Source: Amphiscolops sp. MND2022
Taxonomy: Eukaryota
DNA: 64,000 nt
Assembly: GCA_964187785.1 (NCBI GenBank)
Contig: OZ076413.1
Span: forward strand, 46,376,001 to 46,440,000
Direction of reading: 5' to 3'
The number at the start of each line of letters is the position of its first letter. Positions within the stretch are counted from its first letter, which is position 1. The notes beneath the pieces are model-generated. The model had not been told where the DNA came from. It ran no database searches and worked only from the letters and a program-made list of their open reading frames with translations. The position numbers and the translations under genes were made by a program. Below are positions 61,761-64,000 of this stretch, piece by piece.

Positions 61761-64000
61761 AAATCAACTATTGATTTGATGTATGCATACGCTCATGCCC
61801 CATTAGACGAAGAAACAATCAAATTTACAGGATTTTCATCCGGAGATAAATTGTATACCTTTATCGGTGGATTCTATGGATTATAAGGACTCCCAAATTT
61901 TTTCACAAAACAAATGTCAACTTTCTTTCGAACACTTATAGACAAACGTTCTGCGTTAGTATATGTTGATGATATATTTTTATTAGCAGACGAAAAACAA
62001 GAAATGTTTGAACTTATCAAAGAACTCCATAAAATAGCAACAAAAGAAAATCTCAAACTTGCACCTGAAAAATCATTTTATATGTTACTTAAAGTAAAAT
62101 TCCTTGGACATGAAATAGGGAACAACACAATTAAACCAATCCCATCAAAAATTGAAGCCAGCAAAAGAATCCCATCACCAAAGGAAAAGAAAGATGTCAT
62201 GCAATTTTTGGGCAGTGTAAACTTTTATTCAAAATTCATTGAAAAACTGCATATAAATCTCAAACCATTCCATACCTTATTACATGATGATGTTAAATTT
62301 CAATGGACACCCGAATTAGAAAAAATATTTCAAGACGTTAAAAACGCAATGACAGCAGGAACTGAATTAACCATACCCAATACAAAACATCCATTTTTCA
62401 TAACAGTTGATGCTTCCTTAGTTGGTTTAGGCGCAGTCCTATTCCAAATGAATGAAGAAAATAAAATGAGAGTTATTTCTCACGAATACTTAATACACAA
62501 GAACAAAAATTATCAACACTAGACAGAGAACTCCTCGCAATAGTTTATGCATTACAAATTTATGAATTTCTCATCATTGGATCCCCTCTTCCAATATACA
62601 TCTTAACAGACCACAAACCCCTATTACACTGTTTTGCAAAAAAGGAAACCTTAGCCCAAGATTTTTATAGAGCACAAATGCACTTAACAAAACTCTCCAA
62701 ACTAAAAATTATTCAAACTCCTGGAAAAAATTAAATACATGCTTTCTAGAACTTTCACAAAAGAACAACTTCAAATACATCAATTACGACACAAACAATT
62801 ACCACCCCAAATCGATTTCTCTATCATGAAAGATAATCAACTCAAACCCGTACACTATTTAGTAAAACATGAAGAAATCAAATATAATCAAAAAAATGGT
62901 TGCCATCCAATTCTCGCTGATTATGGCGAAGACCAATTTTCCATCCGTATAAACAACAAAGGAGAAGACATTTATATAAAACCCTTAGATTCATTTTCTT
63001 TTCAATCTATTGTTCCATTTGAATCCAAATACGAGAGACCTCCAAAGAATCAAGCAAAATCACTTTTACAACAATCAACTATCGTCAATGACACTGATAT
63101 TCTTAGTGATGAAGATGAACCAAATCAATCACAAAAAACGAAGAATCAAAACACAAACACATTGAGAGAACAAACACTAGCAATACAGTACCCCACTAAA
63201 TCTAATTACTGTAATGAACAAGTTCCATTTTTTGATCCAACTTTCTTCAAATACAAAAGTATATTTTCAATATTTCTTCCTACCAGAAGACACTCAAAAA
63301 ACAATTGAAACTATAAAATCTCAACAAAAACAAGACCCTGTCTTACAAAAAGTTTACCATTGGTTAAAGACTAATAAGAGACCTTTCCGAATAGATCCAA
63401 CAATAGCAAGTAATTCCTCCCTATCAGTTTACTACAAACTCTTCAATCAACTGTACATCAACCATGATACAAAAATCATTCATATAAATTACCCTAACTT
63501 TCATGATTCAAACCCTAATCAAAAAGACAAAATATATTTACCATTTAAACTCTTTCATGCAGCTTTCAATAAACTTCATGCACATGGACACTCTTGAATT
63601 AAAATATCCATAAAAGCTTATAATCAATTTTATTTTCTACCATATTTAAATAAATGGATGTCGATTTTCATTCACGACTGTATTGAATGTCAACAAAACA
63701 AACACATCAATCAAAAAATTCAAACTGCAACAATACAAACTTTTTCAGAAAATGCTTCATATTTCAATTACCTAATATCAATTGATACAAAAGGACCTTT
63801 AAATCAATCATCAAAACAAAACTCAAACATTCATGTGATAGTAGACGCTTTCAGTCATTTTGTAGTAACAGTACCTGTTAAACAGAACAATGCTCAAAAC
63901 GCTGTCACTTCCCTATTACATCATTGGATTACTAAATTTGGACCTCCCATATCTTTAGTTACAGACCGTGGTTCAGAATACATTAATTCTGAACTTGCAA
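61761..64000 (+). pseudogene. pol: Outer gypsy RT (right part), RNase H and integrase relics
   Basis: KSTIDLMYAYAHAPLD, FYGL*GLP, VYVDDIF, ITVDASLVGLGAVL, RELLAIVYAL, IDTKGP, VIVDAFSHF and LVTDRGSEY. Confidence 0.92.

Larger units (their letters stand above)
46067..64000 (+). mobile_element. Decayed A-rich Ty3/gypsy element hosting the nested provirus; runs off the window
   Basis: gag relics, then RT split at 50527/61761, then RNase H and integrase. 5' LTR not located. Confidence 0.85.

Noticed and set aside
1-64000. Prokaryotic or phage origin, such as a defence island
   Set aside because: Content is LTR, Tc1, hAT and CACTA elements with splice signals and metazoan-type tRNA PBSs, and there is no operon structure.

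Overview
AT-rich eukaryotic DNA, probably from an invertebrate animal (inference); roughly two thirds is nested transposable elements. In order: a decayed Tc1 transposase (~0.24-1.28 kb); a possible host exon resembling the TM1 region of the PAC/TMEM206 channel (2.4-2.56 kb, minus); a very young non-coding LTR element with identical 756-bp LTRs (7421-12538); a perfect 162-bp palindrome; a decayed Ty3/gypsy with a 1.22-kb internal duplication; two CACTA-like non-autonomous elements, one carrying a 232-bp satellite; an old BEL/Pao element with tRNA-like sequence in both LTRs (26696-33467); an internally deleted hAT (34144-35702); and a decayed gypsy (46 kb to window end). The RT of that last gypsy is split by the most notable feature, an 11.2-kb env-bearing Ty3/gypsy provirus (50528-61756). 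It has two small ORFs upstream of gag (one a PY-motif membrane protein), a -1 frameshift signal, a TARG1/OARD1-type macrodomain inside pol, a deleted integrase, an intact 755-aa class I fusion env, an array of stem-conserved hairpins, and a 3' ORF ending in a DnaJ J-domain. All family calls come from motif recognition by eye; no database search was run.
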